Below the pieces are notes generated by a model, which saw only the letters and a program-made list of their open reading frames with translations, ran no database searches and had not been told where the DNA came from. Positions 34,302 to 35,210 of a stretch of DNA of 35,210 bases are shown piece after piece; the stretch's first letter is position 1, and every line of letters starts with the position of its first letter. This DNA comes from Candidatus Kapaibacterium sp. (GTDB lineage Bacteria > Bacteroidota > Ignavibacteria > Palsa-1295), in the NCBI GenBank assembly GCA_025450975.1, contig JANWLI010000055.1:1-35210 (forward strand), given 5' to 3'. Position numbers and translations under genes: made by a program.

Positions 34302-35210
34302 ATGCAGATCACACTCGGCAAGTTACGACTACGTATAGGAAAAAAATCGCCGCCGCCATCCTCATCAACGGCACGACTGCGCATCGCCTCGGGCAGCGAA
34401 ACGGGGATCGCGCAACTCTTCAACCGCTACGACAATCCGCGGGAAAATCTCACCTACATCCGCGAGACGGTCGCCGCCGCCATGCACGCACGATCGGAAG
34501 CGATCGGCAAAGGCAGATTCCGTATCTATGAAGCAACAGCATCGGCAAACGGCAAGCCGACGCAGCGCGAGCTTGGGCACGATCACGAACTTGCGCGCCT
34601 GCTCGATACGCCGAATCCGCTCATCGATGGCTCGGAGTTACTCGAACTCATCAGCCAGTGGCTCGATGCAACAGGCAACGCACTTCTATTAAAGGTACGC
34701 AACACGCAGGGCAAGGTGATCGAACTCTGGCCGCTGCCGGCGACGAGCTTCTTCATCGAGAAAGCAAGCGACGAACTTCCTGCGCGCTACCGCTTCATGC
34801 CGTCGAACACTGCAGTGCCGGGCGAAGACATCATCCATATTAAGCGGCCCGATATTCGGACGAGTCCGTTCTACGGACATGCGATCCTCAGCGACGTGAT
34901 CGAGACGGCGAAGACCGACGCGGCGCTGCGCCTCTATCAGCAGCGCTTCTTCGATAACGATGCAATGCCGCGTGCAGTCCTGCGTTGGCCGTCGGGGACG
35001 CTGATCACCGAAGAGCAGATGACGGAGATCCGCAACGCCTGGGAAGAGCGCTACCGCGGCGCGGCGAATGCATCGAAGCTCGCCATCCTTCCCGATGGCG
35101 GAGAACTGCAGCCGCTGACTTCGGGCAAGGAGCTGGACTTCTCGAAGTCGCGCCTGATGCTGCGCGATGCGATCCGCGAAGCATTCAGGATTCCGAAGAT
35201 CGTCCTCGGC
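34302..35210 (+). CDS. Phage portal protein, HK97 family (N-terminal 303 codons; runs off the window end)
   Basis: Absent from the ORF track because it is open at the edge. From ATG 34302 the frame reads MQITLGKLRL...YIRETVAAAMHARSEAIGKGRFRIYE...HELARLLDTPNPLIDGSELLELISQWLDATGNALLLKVRN.QGKVIELWPLP...IIHIKRPDIRTSPFYGHAILSDVIETAKTDAALRLYQQRFFDNDAMPRAVLRWP...EEQMTEIRNAWEERYRG..NASKLAILPDGGELQPL. This follows the HK97-type portal pattern (H.L..LL..PN...s..e........l.GNa......, G.S......i......e.y...ff.N.a.P..vl). Confidence 0.8.
   Translation, partial: MQITLGKLRLRIGKKSPPPSSSTARLRIASGSETGIAQLFNRYDNPRENLTYIRETVAAAMHARSEAIGKGRFRIYEATASANGKPTQRELGHDHELARLLDTPNPLIDGSELLELISQWLDATGNALLLKVRNTQGKVIELWPLPATSFFIEKASDELPARYRFMPSNTAVPGEDIIHIKRPDIRTSPFYGHAILSDVIETAKTDAALRLYQQRFFDNDAMPRAVLRWPSGTLITEEQMTEIRNAWEERYRGAANASKLAILPDGGELQPLTSGKELDFSKSRLMLRDAIREAFRIPKIVLG

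Overview
35.2-kb chromosomal segment, most likely from an FCB-superphylum bacterium (Bacteroidota/Ignavibacteriota-like). This is inferred from six proteins that end in T9SS-type C-terminal sorting domains. Housekeeping anchors are the gcvT 5' part (missing from the ORF track), a stand-alone C-terminal half of carB, queA, rnhB and an ECF sigma/anti-sigma pair. They are interspersed with accessory genes. Items most worth follow-up: (i) Two different contractile-injection tube folds sit on Sec-signal proteins with no sheath or baseplate genes nearby: an Hcp-like protein (474-1151) and a 719-aa protein ending in two tandem Pvc1/Afp1/gp19-like tail-tube domains (8788-10947). (ii) Two paralogous TIR / alpha-beta module / TPR proteins (2394-4109, 12498-14219) bracket a ~10-kb block, and each transcription unit is headed by a divergent four-helix-bundle (23S-IVS/Avd family) gene cassette. 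(iii) The intact four-helix-bundle gene is enclosed by ~52-nt imperfectly complementary short-period arrays. A decayed copy and an apparently empty copy with a perfect 26-bp inverted repeat also exist, and 7-nt-period arrays sit at other gene boundaries. (iv) The window ends in an HK97-type phage portal gene (also missing from the ORF track), preceded by two perfect DnaA boxes. I recognised no rRNA, tRNA, CRISPR array, transposase, integrase or reverse transcriptase. All homology calls come from reading motifs by eye and need profile or structure searches.
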